Assembly (NCBI GenBank): GCA_017541885.1
Contig: JAFXYF010000005.1
Span: forward strand, 7,835-71,834
DNA from: Bacilli bacterium
Lineage (GTDB): Bacteria; Bacillota_I; Bacilli_A; RF39; UBA660
Length of the DNA: 64,000 nucleotides
Direction: 5' to 3'
Every line of letters starts with the position of its first letter. Position 1 is the stretch's first letter. The notes beneath the pieces are model-generated. The model did not search any database, had not been told where the DNA came from, and was given only the letters and a program-made list of their open reading frames with translations. A program made the translations under genes and the position numbers. Positions 29,785-39,266 of this stretch are shown in pieces.

Positions 29785-32004
29785 ATGATGAGAAGTTATG
29801 TTGATTTAGTTTTAAAAAAAGAGAAGAAAGCTATTTCTTTAGAATTGATTGTTTCTAAGATAGAACAATTAAGAAATAGTAAATTAACTGAAGAAGAGAT
29901 AAAAGAAGTATTAGATACATTAGAAGAAGATGTATCTAATTTAGATGTATTAAAAACTCCTACTAATGAATATATTTTGCTTACTAAAACGTCTTTTAGA
30001 AAAGGACGTTTTTATAGTGATAAAAATGGAGGAGTTGTTTCTGTTACTAACTCTTATATTGATAGAGATGGTAAATTAATTGTTAGTAGTGAAGAGTTTA
30101 ATGTAGATAAAGAATATACTTTTGGAGCAATTGATGGAGATTATGTATTAATTGATAGTTCTAGTGGTAATACTAAAGTTAGTAAAATACTTGATAGACA
30201 GTTAGAGTATATTGCTGGTGAAGTATATAGAACTGGTGAAAGTTATTTTGTTAGACCAGTTGACTCTAAAAAACAATTTCTTACTATTGCTTTAGAGGGA
30301 GAAGCTATTGAAGGGGAAAGAGTGGAAGTTGTTTTAAATAAACAGACTGCTCCTAATTTCTATCATGGAACTATTACTAAGGTTTTTAATCATAAGGATG
30401 ATCCTACTGAGGCAATTCTTTGGGAAGCTTTTAAGCATGGAGTAGATAATGAATTTAGTAGAGAAGCTTTAGAACAACTTGAACATATTCCTACTGAGGT
30501 TAGAGACTCTGATCGTATTGGTAGAGAAGATTTAACTCATTGGGAAGTATTTACTATTGATGGTAAGGATACTAAAGATATGGATGATGCGATTAGTCTT
30601 ACTATAAACGAAAGAGGTAATTATGTTTTAGGAGTTCATATTACTGATATAGCATCTATTGTACCTGAAGGATCTCCTCTTGATAGAGAAGCTTTTAGAA
30701 AAGGTAATAGTTTCTATTTAGGTGGTACCGTTCTTCCAATGTTTCCACATAAGATATCTAATGGTATTGGTTCATTAAATCCTTATGTAGACCGTATGAC
30801 TATTTCTTGTATTATGGAGATTTCTCCTGAAGGAGAGGTATTATCTCATAGAATTAGTCCTACTATTATTAGATCTAGAAAAAAGATGACTTATGAGAGT
30901 GTTAATAAATTATTAAAGAAAGGTGAAGTTGAAGAAGGATACGAAGAGTTTTCTGAAACTTTATTAAGAATGTATAAATTAAGTTTGATACTTAAAAAGA
31001 ATCGTATTTTAGATGGAGCAACTGACTTTAATAGAGGAGAATTAAAAGAGAAGAGAGATGAATCAGGTAAGATAATTGGATTTGGTAGTAGAATACAAGA
31101 TGCAGCAGAAAACTTAATAGAAGAATTTATGGTTTTAGCTAATCAAGAGGTAGATAAAGATTTAACTTCTAAGGGATTTCCTTTCTTACATAGAGTTCAT
31201 GGATATCCTAATGAAGCAAGACTTGAAAATCTATTAAGATTATTAGATGCAGTAGGATTACCTTTTGCGGAATACTCAGCAACTGATCTTGCTTATGATC
31301 ATAAAGCTTATCAAAAACTAATTAGTCATATTAATAGAAGTGGTCCATTAAGAGATGTGTTACTTACTGAAGCTATTAGATGTATGTCTAGAGCTAAATA
31401 TAGTCATGAATCTATTGGTCATTATGGATTAGCTAAGAGATATTATTGTCATTTTACTTCTCCTGTTAGAAGAGATGCTGATTTAACTGATCAAAGAATT
31501 ATATGGGATTTCTTATTTAAACGTGATAATATTGAAAAGAATGTCCATAAGTGGGCTAAAAAATTACCTGAGATTGCAGAGAGAACTTCTAAACAAGAGC
31601 GAATTGCGAATGATACAGAAAAAGATGTTTTAAAAATGATTTGCGCAGAATATATGGAAGAGCATGTTGGAGAAGAATTTGATGCGACTATAACTGAACT
31701 TTCTTCTAATGGTTTAGTTGTTCAACTAGATAACTTAATGGAAGGTAATGTACGTATGAGAGATTTAGGTGGACATTATGTTTATAGTGAGAAAAATTAT
31801 GCATTAATTTCTAAAGATGGAGAAGAACCTTACTTTTTAGGAGAAAGATTACATCTTATGTTAAAACATGCTTCTAGAGATGCGAAGAAAATAGATTTTT
31901 GTGTTATTGATAAAATATATGATAGTAATGTTAGATATCGAGAGGATATTTATAACGATGTAAAAATGAAAATGAAAAAGAGAAGAGCAAAAAGAAAAAA
32001 ATAA
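29785..32004 (+). CDS. RNase II/R-family (RNB domain) exoribonuclease, second paralog
   Basis: 739 aa. RNB motifs TIDGKDTKDMDDAIS and HFTSPVRRDADL, a C-terminal S1-like domain and a Lys-rich tail (KMKMKKRRAKRKK). Confidence 0.85.
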   Translation: MMRSYVDLVLKKEKKAISLELIVSKIEQLRNSKLTEEEIKEVLDTLEEDVSNLDVLKTPTNEYILLTKTSFRKGRFYSDKNGGVVSVTNSYIDRDGKLIVSSEEFNVDKEYTFGAIDGDYVLIDSSSGNTKVSKILDRQLEYIAGEVYRTGESYFVRPVDSKKQFLTIALEGEAIEGERVEVVLNKQTAPNFYHGTITKVFNHKDDPTEAILWEAFKHGVDNEFSREALEQLEHIPTEVRDSDRIGREDLTHWEVFTIDGKDTKDMDDAISLTINERGNYVLGVHITDIASIVPEGSPLDREAFRKGNSFYLGGTVLPMFPHKISNGIGSLNPYVDRMTISCIMEISPEGEVLSHRISPTIIRSRKKMTYESVNKLLKKGEVEEGYEEFSETLLRMYKLSLILKKNRILDGATDFNRGELKEKRDESGKIIGFGSRIQDAAENLIEEFMVLANQEVDKDLTSKGFPFLHRVHGYPNEARLENLLRLLDAVGLPFAEYSATDLAYDHKAYQKLISHINRSGPLRDVLLTEAIRCMSRAKYSHESIGHYGLAKRYYCHFTSPVRRDADLTDQRIIWDFLFKRDNIEKNVHKWAKKLPEIAERTSKQERIANDTEKDVLKMICAEYMEEHVGEEFDATITELSSNGLVVQLDNLMEGNVRMRDLGGHYVYSEKNYALISKDGEEPYFLGERLHLMLKHASRDAKKIDFCVIDKIYDSNVRYREDIYNDVKMKMKKRRAKRKK

Positions 32005-32086
32005 TTGCTCTTTTTCTTTGTTGTGGTTGATAAAAGTTCTTAAAAATGTTATCATATGTATAGGATTGAAAAGAGGAGATGACGAG

Positions 32087-32923
32087 ATGTATATTACATG
32101 GAATGATGTATTAACCGTTGCTAGAAAGATTGCAGATATTACATTAGTATGGTTAATATTCTATTTTATACTTAAGAATATCAAAAATAATGTTAAGTTA
32201 TCTTTAATATTTAAAGGACTTATTTTTATTGTAATATTAAAAATTATTAGTGAATGGTTTGGATTTATAACTGTAGGTTACTTACTTGATTATATTATTC
32301 AATGGGGACCTATTGCTTTAATTGTAATATTCCAACCTGAAATTAGAACTATTCTTGAACAATTAGGACGTAATCAATTATTAGGACGACATAAAGTTTT
32401 AACTGTTGATGAACGTGAACATTTAGTTTATGAAATGATTAATGCGATTGATTATTTAAGAAAAGAAAGAATTGGTGCATTAATAGTAATTGAGAGAGAT
32501 GTTAGTTTAGGAAACTATATTGATAAAGCTAAGAAATTATATGCAGATTTATCTAGTGATTTATTAATAGCAATATTCTATGAAGGTAATCCATTACATG
32601 ATGGTGGAGTTATTATTCAAGGAGATAGAATTACTTGTGCTGGAGCAGTATTCCCAACTAGTAGTAGTCCTAAGTTAAATAGAAGACTTGGTACTAGACA
32701 TAGAGCTGCTTTAGGACTTGCAGAAGAGACTGATGCTATATGTATCGTTGTATCTGAAGAAACTGGAAGAGTTTCAATTGCACTTAAGGGTGAAATGTTA
32801 TACAACTTAACTTTAGATGATGTCAGAATGATGTTAATTGATGAATTAAAACCTAAACAAGATATTGAATACGATGAAGACGAAGAAGTAAATGAGGAAG
32901 AGATATATGAAGAGAATAAGTAG
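32087..32923 (+). CDS. cdaA: diadenylate cyclase CdaA (DacA)
   Basis: Three N-terminal TM helices and a DAC domain (HDGGVIIQG, GTRHRAALGL, VSEETGRVS). Start at ATG 32087 after AGAGGAG. Confidence 0.92.
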   Translation: MYITWNDVLTVARKIADITLVWLIFYFILKNIKNNVKLSLIFKGLIFIVILKIISEWFGFITVGYLLDYIIQWGPIALIVIFQPEIRTILEQLGRNQLLGRHKVLTVDEREHLVYEMINAIDYLRKERIGALIVIERDVSLGNYIDKAKKLYADLSSDLLIAIFYEGNPLHDGGVIIQGDRITCAGAVFPTSSSPKLNRRLGTRHRAALGLAEETDAICIVVSEETGRVSIALKGEMLYNLTLDDVRMMLIDELKPKQDIEYDEDEEVNEEEIYEENK

Positions 32924-34265
32924 ATTTTTTGGAAAACTATTTCGTCGTATTGGATTATTTTTTGATAAAATTTTAATTACTCCAATTACGCGTATTATTC
33001 TAAAAGTAATGGAATTATCAAAAAGTTGGGCTAAAGGGATTGATCGTCTTGCCAGTAGAAAGTCTACTTTATTGGTAATTAGTTTGTTACTTGCTTTTGC
33101 AGTATTTATGTTTATTGATAATGAATCAAATGTTATGATTGATCAATATGCAGAGATTTTATATGATCAAACTGTTACTGCAGTATATAATGAAGAGAGT
33201 TATGTAGTAGAGGGATTACCTGAGTCTGTTGATATTACATTAATTGGACAAAGAAGACATATATTCCTTGCTAAACAATCTCCTTCTAAAGGAGTTACAG
33301 TTGATTTAACTGGTTTAAAGCCTGGAACTCATAAAGTTAGCTTAAAATATAATCAAAGATTAAAATCATTAGATTATAAATTAGATCCTTCTACAGTAAA
33401 TGTAACTATTTATGAGAAGGAAAGTGAAAATAGAACTTTAACTTATGATATTCTAAATCAAGATAAATTAGATACTAAGTTATATATTAGTAATGTAGAG
33501 ATTGATAGAAGTGAAGTTATTATTAAGGGTGCTAAATATAAGTTAGAGCAAGTTGCTTCTGTTAGAGCTATGTTAGATGTTAATAATATACCTAATCCAA
33601 AAGCTGGAGAAATTAATGTTAAAGATATACCTTTAGTAGCATATGATACTGATGGTAAGATCTTAGATGTTGAGATTGTTCCTAAGACAGTAGCTGCTAA
33701 TGTTGTTATTACTTCTCCTTCTAAGGAAATACCTGTACGTGTTGTACCTGTTGGTGATTTAGCATTTGGTAAGTCTATTAAATCTATTGAACCTTCAGTT
33801 ACTAAAGTAACAGTATATGGAGAACAAGCTGCTATTGATGAAATTCAACAATTAGATGTTGAAATTGATGTTAATGGTATTGAAAAGAATAAAGATTATA
33901 GTGTTACATTAAAGAAACCTAAGGGTATTACAGAATTAAGTTCTAAGACAATGACTGTTAAAGTAATTGTTGATAATGCAACTACTAAAGAATTTAAAGA
34001 TATAGCTGTGTCTTATCGTAACTTAGGTGATGGATTAGTTGTACAAGCAAGTTCTGAAAATGATAGAAAAGTTACTGTTGTAGTTAGTGGTAGTGAAGAA
34101 GCATTAGAAAATATTCAAGCTACTGATATTACTGCATATGTTGACTTAAAGAATTATAAGACTGGTACTCATGAAGTTGAGGTTACAGTTACAGGATCTG
34201 ATCTTAAACTTGCATATTCTTCTAAGACTAAGAAAGTTAAGATTGTAATTACTGCTAAAAAATAG
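32907..34265 (+). CDS. cdaR: CdaA regulatory protein CdaR (YbbR-domain protein)
   Basis: About 452 aa. An N-terminal TM anchor is followed by repeated YbbR-like beta domains. It overlaps the end of cdaA, the conserved pairing. Confidence 0.8.
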   Translation: MKRISRFFGKLFRRIGLFFDKILITPITRIILKVMELSKSWAKGIDRLASRKSTLLVISLLLAFAVFMFIDNESNVMIDQYAEILYDQTVTAVYNEESYVVEGLPESVDITLIGQRRHIFLAKQSPSKGVTVDLTGLKPGTHKVSLKYNQRLKSLDYKLDPSTVNVTIYEKESENRTLTYDILNQDKLDTKLYISNVEIDRSEVIIKGAKYKLEQVASVRAMLDVNNIPNPKAGEINVKDIPLVAYDTDGKILDVEIVPKTVAANVVITSPSKEIPVRVVPVGDLAFGKSIKSIEPSVTKVTVYGEQAAIDEIQQLDVEIDVNGIEKNKDYSVTLKKPKGITELSSKTMTVKVIVDNATTKEFKDIAVSYRNLGDGLVVQASSENDRKVTVVVSGSEEALENIQATDITAYVDLKNYKTGTHEVEVTVTGSDLKLAYSSKTKKVKIVITAKK

Positions 34266-34337
34266 AGAGCTTAGCTCTCTTTTTTTTGTCATATCTTTTT
34301 CATTTAAACATACTATTCATTAGAATGGAGAATAGTT

Positions 34338-35324
34338 ATGAAAAAGATAATATTAATTATTTGTATTTTTACTTTATTATTAACTGGATGTGGAAGAGTT
34401 TCTTCTAAAGATGTATTAAAAGAGTTAGAAAATAAATTAAATAAGAGTACTGGATATCATTTAGAGGGAGAATTAGAAATTACTAATCATGATGAAGTAT
34501 ACAACTATAATATAGAAGTAGATACTATAAAAGATAAGAATTATAAAGTAAAATTTATTAATTTAAATAATGGATTTGAACAAATAATATTAAAGAATGA
34601 TGAAGGAGTATTTTTACTTTCACCTTCTTTAAATAAGAGTTTTAAATTTCAAAGTGATTGGCCTTATGTACATTCTCAGATATATTTAATAGAAGCTATT
34701 ATTAGAGATATTAAAAATGATAAAGAAATGGTATTTAAAAGAACTGATAATGGATTTACTATAAATACTAAAGTAGATTATCCTAATAATAGAAGTTTAG
34801 CTAGTGAGAAGATTACTATTGATAATAAATATAATATCAAGAGTATTACTGTATATGATTCTAATGATGTAGTATGTATGAAATTTAATATTAAAAAACT
34901 TAAATATTCACCTAAATATAATAATGATTTCTTTAGTATAGATAATATGACTGAAGATGTAGAAGAAGAGAAGAGTGCTTCTGTTATTGAAGATGTAATA
35001 TACCCTTTACTATTACCTGAGGGTACTAAATTAGTTAATGAAGAGAAGGTTACTAAAAGTAATGGTGAGAGAGTAATTATGACTTATGATGGGGAGAAAT
35101 CTTTCTTACTTGTTGAGGAGACTTTAGATGTATTTAATGAATTTACTGTTATTCCTACTTCTGGAGAACCTTATATGCTTATGGATACAATAGGAGTAGT
35201 TACAGATAATTCTCTATCATGGTCTAGTGGTAATATGGAATACTATTTAGTTAGTGATGTAATGAGTAGAGAAGAGTTAGTAGAAGTTGCTCAATCTATT
35301 GTAGGAGTTCAATCATTTAAATAA
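34338..35324 (+). CDS. lipoprotein, LolA-fold/DUF4367-like
   Basis: Lipobox LLLTGC at the N-terminus. The overall pattern and the C-terminal segment (SFLLVEE...SWSSGNMEYYLVSD...EELVEVAQS) resemble the YdcC/DUF4367 lipoprotein family. Confidence 0.6.
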   Translation: MKKIILIICIFTLLLTGCGRVSSKDVLKELENKLNKSTGYHLEGELEITNHDEVYNYNIEVDTIKDKNYKVKFINLNNGFEQIILKNDEGVFLLSPSLNKSFKFQSDWPYVHSQIYLIEAIIRDIKNDKEMVFKRTDNGFTINTKVDYPNNRSLASEKITIDNKYNIKSITVYDSNDVVCMKFNIKKLKYSPKYNNDFFSIDNMTEDVEEEKSASVIEDVIYPLLLPEGTKLVNEEKVTKSNGERVIMTYDGEKSFLLVEETLDVFNEFTVIPTSGEPYMLMDTIGVVTDNSLSWSSGNMEYYLVSDVMSREELVEVAQSIVGVQSFK

Positions 35325-35373
35325 TAGACTTTATTTTTTCAATTGTGCTATAATAAGTACTAGGTGATGTTTT

Positions 35374-35901
35374 ATGGCAAAAAAAAAGAATAATAAAGAA
35401 AGATCTCATGAGAGTATAATAGATTCTGTTGGGGGATTTAATGGAGATTATAAAAAGATAATTATAGTTAGTGCAATTGTAGTTATTATTTTTGCAACAT
35501 TCTATTTTTTAACTGTATTTATTACTAATAAAAATAGTGAAAAAGATAATACTACTGAAGATACTACTAGTTCTTCATATAGTGAGGTAATGGTTGGTAG
35601 AACTTTTGCTTTACCTGAAGAAGAGTATTTAGTTTTATACTATGATTATAGTGATGAGACATTAAAAGAGAGTTTTAAAGATTTCTCTGTAGATTATCAT
35701 CCTGGAGTAGGACCTTATGCTTTCTATGTTGCAGATATGAGTGATGCAATTAATAAGAGTTATGTTAGTGAAACTAGTAATACAGCTCCTACTAAGGCAT
35801 CTGAATTAAGTATTAGTGGCCCAACATTAATTCATTTTAGAGATGGTGCTGTTATTGAGTATATTGAAGGAGAAGAAAATATTCTTAATTATTTACAATA
35901 A
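35374..35901 (+). CDS. hypothetical signal-anchored protein
   Basis: 175 aa. A basic N-terminus and one TM helix precede a roughly 110-aa external domain. I recognise no motifs. Confidence 0.45.
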   Translation: MAKKKNNKERSHESIIDSVGGFNGDYKKIIIVSAIVVIIFATFYFLTVFITNKNSEKDNTTEDTTSSSYSEVMVGRTFALPEEEYLVLYYDYSDETLKESFKDFSVDYHPGVGPYAFYVADMSDAINKSYVSETSNTAPTKASELSISGPTLIHFRDGAVIEYIEGEENILNYLQ

Positions 35902-35940
35902 AAAGACAGCAATGTCTTTTTTTGCTATTGAGGTGATTAT

Positions 35941-37137
35941 ATGAAAAAGACAAATAATCATAAAAAGAAAAAGAATAATATAGATTATGAATCTAGATTT
36001 TCTTTATTTGAAGTAATTATTATTATTTTAATATCTGTTATATTTGGTATTATTATTGGTTATTTGATTACTTATGGTAATAGTAATTTGAGTAGAGTTA
36101 GATCTGATACTCATTTAGGAGAGATTGTAAGTACTTATAATAATATTGTAGATAATTATTATGATAATATTGATAAAGAAAAATTAACTGAATCTGCTAT
36201 TAAAGGTATGATTAGTTCTTTAGATGATCCATACTCTGCATATTTAGATGAAGATTCTACTAGTACTTTTAATGAGTCTGTAGATGGGGAATATGTTGGG
36301 ATTGGTATTGTTGTTGAATTTGAAGATGAATATAATAAAATTACTTCTATTGTAGATGGTGGACCTGCTTCTAAAGTTGGATTACAAGTAGGAGATATTA
36401 TCTTAAAGGTTAATAATAAAGATTGTTATAATATTAGTCCTTCTTTATTAAATGAAATGATTACTGGTAAGATTGGTACTTCTGTTAAGATTAAGATTTT
36501 AAGAGGAGAAGAGGAATTTACTTATTCTGTTAAAAGAGGATTAATTGAGATAGAGAATGTTACTGGTAAAGTAATTGATAATAATATTGGTTATATTAGA
36601 ATTGATATATTTTCATCTAATTCTTATGAACAATTTGAATCTACTTTAAAAGATTTAGAAAAGAAAAGAATTAAGTCTTTAATTATTGATATTAGAGATA
36701 ATCCTGGGGGTCATTTAGGACAAGCTAAGAAGATATTAGACTTATTCTTTGATAAGAAGACTGTTCTATATCAAACTGAGGTGAATGGGGCTAAAAAAAA
36801 GGTTTATGCAGATAATAGTGATAGTAAGAAATATCCAGTTGTATTACTAATTAATCATGAGACTGCATCTTCTGCTGAAGTAGTAGCAGCTTGTTTTAAA
36901 GATAATTATAAAAATGTTCATTTAGTTGGATCTAATACTTATGGAAAAGGAAATGTACAAAAGTCTGTTTCTTTGAATAGTGGTACTAGTATTAAATTTA
37001 CTATAGAGAAATGGTTAACTCCTAAAGGTAAGAGTGTTACTGATGTAGGAGTTAAGCCTGATACTTATGTTGAAGAGTATGATGAAGATAATGATTTAGT
37101 ACTTGAAGAAGCTATTAGAATAATAAAAGAGTCATAA
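35941..37137 (+). CDS. ctpA: C-terminal processing (S41) peptidase
   Basis: 398 aa with a TM anchor, a PDZ domain (GIGIVVE...GGPASKVGLQVGDII), and S41 motifs IDIRDNPGG and ETASSAEVVA. Confidence 0.88.
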   Translation: MKKTNNHKKKKNNIDYESRFSLFEVIIIILISVIFGIIIGYLITYGNSNLSRVRSDTHLGEIVSTYNNIVDNYYDNIDKEKLTESAIKGMISSLDDPYSAYLDEDSTSTFNESVDGEYVGIGIVVEFEDEYNKITSIVDGGPASKVGLQVGDIILKVNNKDCYNISPSLLNEMITGKIGTSVKIKILRGEEEFTYSVKRGLIEIENVTGKVIDNNIGYIRIDIFSSNSYEQFESTLKDLEKKRIKSLIIDIRDNPGGHLGQAKKILDLFFDKKTVLYQTEVNGAKKKVYADNSDSKKYPVVLLINHETASSAEVVAACFKDNYKNVHLVGSNTYGKGNVQKSVSLNSGTSIKFTIEKWLTPKGKSVTDVGVKPDTYVEEYDEDNDLVLEEAIRIIKES

Positions 37138-37150
37138 TTATGACTCTTTT
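37125..37150. terminator. bidirectional terminator between ctpA and the sortase gene
   Basis: Palindrome AAAAGAGTCA-TAATTA-TGACTCTTTT. Confidence 0.75.
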
Positions 37151-37671
37151 TCTATGGCATTTATAAGCAATTGACAATTATCTTTTTTAGGACAGCAAGT
37201 AGTAAGTACTAGTTGTCTTTTATTTTCTTTTACTCCAGAGATATAACCTGTTTTTGGTTGTTCTTCTATTTTATTAATTACATATTTATAATCATTATTT
37301 TGATATGTGATTATTACTTCATCTTTTAATTCTAATTCGTCTAATCTGTTAAAGAATGAAACATTACTTGTCCCTGAATGAGCAGCAATAAAAATAATAC
37401 TATTTTCTTCTTTTGGATCAATAGATTCTTTTAGAATAGTTATATTTTCTTCAATATTATTTTTATTACTTTCTATAGAATATAAATCTTTATTTAAAGC
37501 TATCTTTTCTATTACTATTTTTCCTATTGGTTTTTCTTCTATTATATTTTCTTTAAATACTTTATTAATATGAATAGTATTTATTTCTTCTTCTTTATCT
37601 ATTTTTAAGAGAGATAATGAAGAGAGTAGAGTTATTACTATTACTAGAATTCTAAAGGTATTTTTTAGCAT
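37138..37671 (-). CDS. small sortase-family transpeptidase (atypical)
   Basis: 177 aa with an N-terminal TM anchor, AAHSG (catalytic His region) and QLVLTTC (TLxTC-type Cys). No Arg occurs in the 18 residues after the Cys. The start overlaps the stop of the upstream adhesin gene. Confidence 0.7.
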   Translation of the reverse strand: MLKNTFRILVIVITLLSSLSLLKIDKEEEINTIHINKVFKENIIEEKPIGKIVIEKIALNKDLYSIESNKNNIEENITILKESIDPKEENSIIFIAAHSGTSNVSFFNRLDELELKDEVIITYQNNDYKYVINKIEEQPKTGYISGVKENKRQLVLTTCCPKKDNCQLLINAIEKES

Positions 37672-39068
37672 AATATAAACTCTAATATTTTTAATAGTAT
37701 TACTAGAATAGATTCTTTAGATGTATTTGGAACTGGTATTTTATAATCATATAATTCTATTGTTTCATTATTACTATCTGTAATACTTATATAAAATGGT
37801 TCTACTAATTGATATCCTTCTGTAGTATTCATTTGTTTAATAGTATATGATCCATAAGGTAATTTAAATGTTACTTTTCCTTCTTCATTAGTTATATCTT
37901 TTGTGAATAATTCTTCATCTTTTAAAACTTGAAATTCTATATTAGATTCTTTTTTATTATCATCATAATACTTTATTATTGTTAGTTCTTTTTCTATTAC
38001 TTTATTTGGAATATAGAATATAGATCCTTGATTATCTTCTGTAAATGAGAATGAATAGACTTCTTCATTTAATTCATAGCCTTCTCCTGATTTTATTTCT
38101 TTAATTGTGTAATTACCTAAAGGCATATTATGAAGAGAACCTGTACCATTAATTATTTCTATTTGATCATATTCTTCTCCATCTTTATCTATTTGGAATA
38201 CTGCGCCATCTAATACTCCTTCTCCACTTGGAATATAATCATTTGTATCTTCATCTATTTTGAAAATATCTAGATGGTTATCTATTACTCTTAATTTGAA
38301 TGATATTTCTTTGGGATCTAGATCACCTTGCATTATCATATTCTGACTATTATTAGATTGATAAATAATTGGTGGTGTACCATAAATTGTTTCTTGAATT
38401 CTATTTAGAGTAATATCATATTCTCCTTCTTCTAAATCTTGAACTATTATTTTACCATTTTCTAATTTTACTTCTTCATTACTTGTGATATAGAAGTTTA
38501 GAGTGTCTCCAATTTCTATTTCTTTTGTTTCTCCTTTTTGCATTTTTATTAATTCATTTTCAATAGGAATTTCATTATCATATGAATTAATAATATTATT
38601 TATTTCATTTATTCTAGAATCGTAGATACTTGTTTTTGATCCGTTAAGAGTATCTGTAAAATAATAGTCTCCTCCATTTGGATTAGATTCTCTCCAAATC
38701 ATTAATTGAGTTACGGCATACCAAATATTATCATTATGACCTTTATATTTGTAACCGAAGTGAGCAATTTTTTTTATTCTATTAATTTGTTTTTGAGTTA
38801 GATTTCTAGGAGTAGTAGTTGTTTGATATGTACTAGATTCATTAAAGAAAGTTAATGGTTCTATACAATATACTTCTTGACTTGTTCTTTGATTTCTAAA
38901 CTTTCTTGCTTTTTGATAGTATATAGTATTTGAACTATAGTCATATTTGTTCATATAAATATTATCTATATACTCGGCTTCATAAAACTTATAGTCTTCT
39001 GCGTATACATCATTTCCTACTATAAAAATTGTCATTGCGATTATTAAGAAAAGTATTACTTTTTTCAT
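37665..39068 (-). CDS. surface adhesin with a thioester (TQXA/TED) domain and two Cna-B/SpaA-type domains
   Basis: 467 aa. Signal peptide ending VYAED. Thioester motifs EVYCIEP (Cys) and AVTQLMIW (Gln). Two prealbumin-like repeats (GAVFQIDKDG...LGNYTIKEIKSGEGYEL and IEFQVLKDE...YGSYTIKQMNTTEGYQL). The C-terminus reads IPVPNTS followed by a hydrophobic tail. Confidence 0.75.
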   Translation of the reverse strand: MKKVILFLIIAMTIFIVGNDVYAEDYKFYEAEYIDNIYMNKYDYSSNTIYYQKARKFRNQRTSQEVYCIEPLTFFNESSTYQTTTTPRNLTQKQINRIKKIAHFGYKYKGHNDNIWYAVTQLMIWRESNPNGGDYYFTDTLNGSKTSIYDSRINEINNIINSYDNEIPIENELIKMQKGETKEIEIGDTLNFYITSNEEVKLENGKIIVQDLEEGEYDITLNRIQETIYGTPPIIYQSNNSQNMIMQGDLDPKEISFKLRVIDNHLDIFKIDEDTNDYIPSGEGVLDGAVFQIDKDGEEYDQIEIINGTGSLHNMPLGNYTIKEIKSGEGYELNEEVYSFSFTEDNQGSIFYIPNKVIEKELTIIKYYDDNKKESNIEFQVLKDEELFTKDITNEEGKVTFKLPYGSYTIKQMNTTEGYQLVEPFYISITDSNNETIELYDYKIPVPNTSKESILVILLKILEFILC

Positions 39069-39266
39069 GTTTTCCCTCCTTCTTTTTCTTAATGGTGTCG
39101 ATTATAAAAAATAATTATAATTAATGCAAAAGAGGGTTTTACTATATTTAGATGTTGATATATATGAATATAGTAAAAGTACTTATGAAAAATGTAATTT
39201 TTGAGGGTGAAATTCTTTTAAAAAAAGAAGTTTACTATGTTATAATATTTCGTAGAGGTGATTTGG

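Noticed and set aside
32087-35324. Unusual cdaA-cdaR operon lacking glmM
   Set aside because: glmM commonly follows cdaR in Bacillota, and here a lipoprotein gene follows instead. Operon order varies between lineages and glmM is probably elsewhere, so this is not strong enough to report as a finding.
39069-39266. Riboswitch (ZTP/pfl or THF type) upstream of fhs
   Set aside because: The region is almost pure A/T with no GC-rich conserved cores such as GGGTCGTGAC or CCGCCTGGGCA, and no terminator/antiterminator pair. It looks like a plain promoter region.
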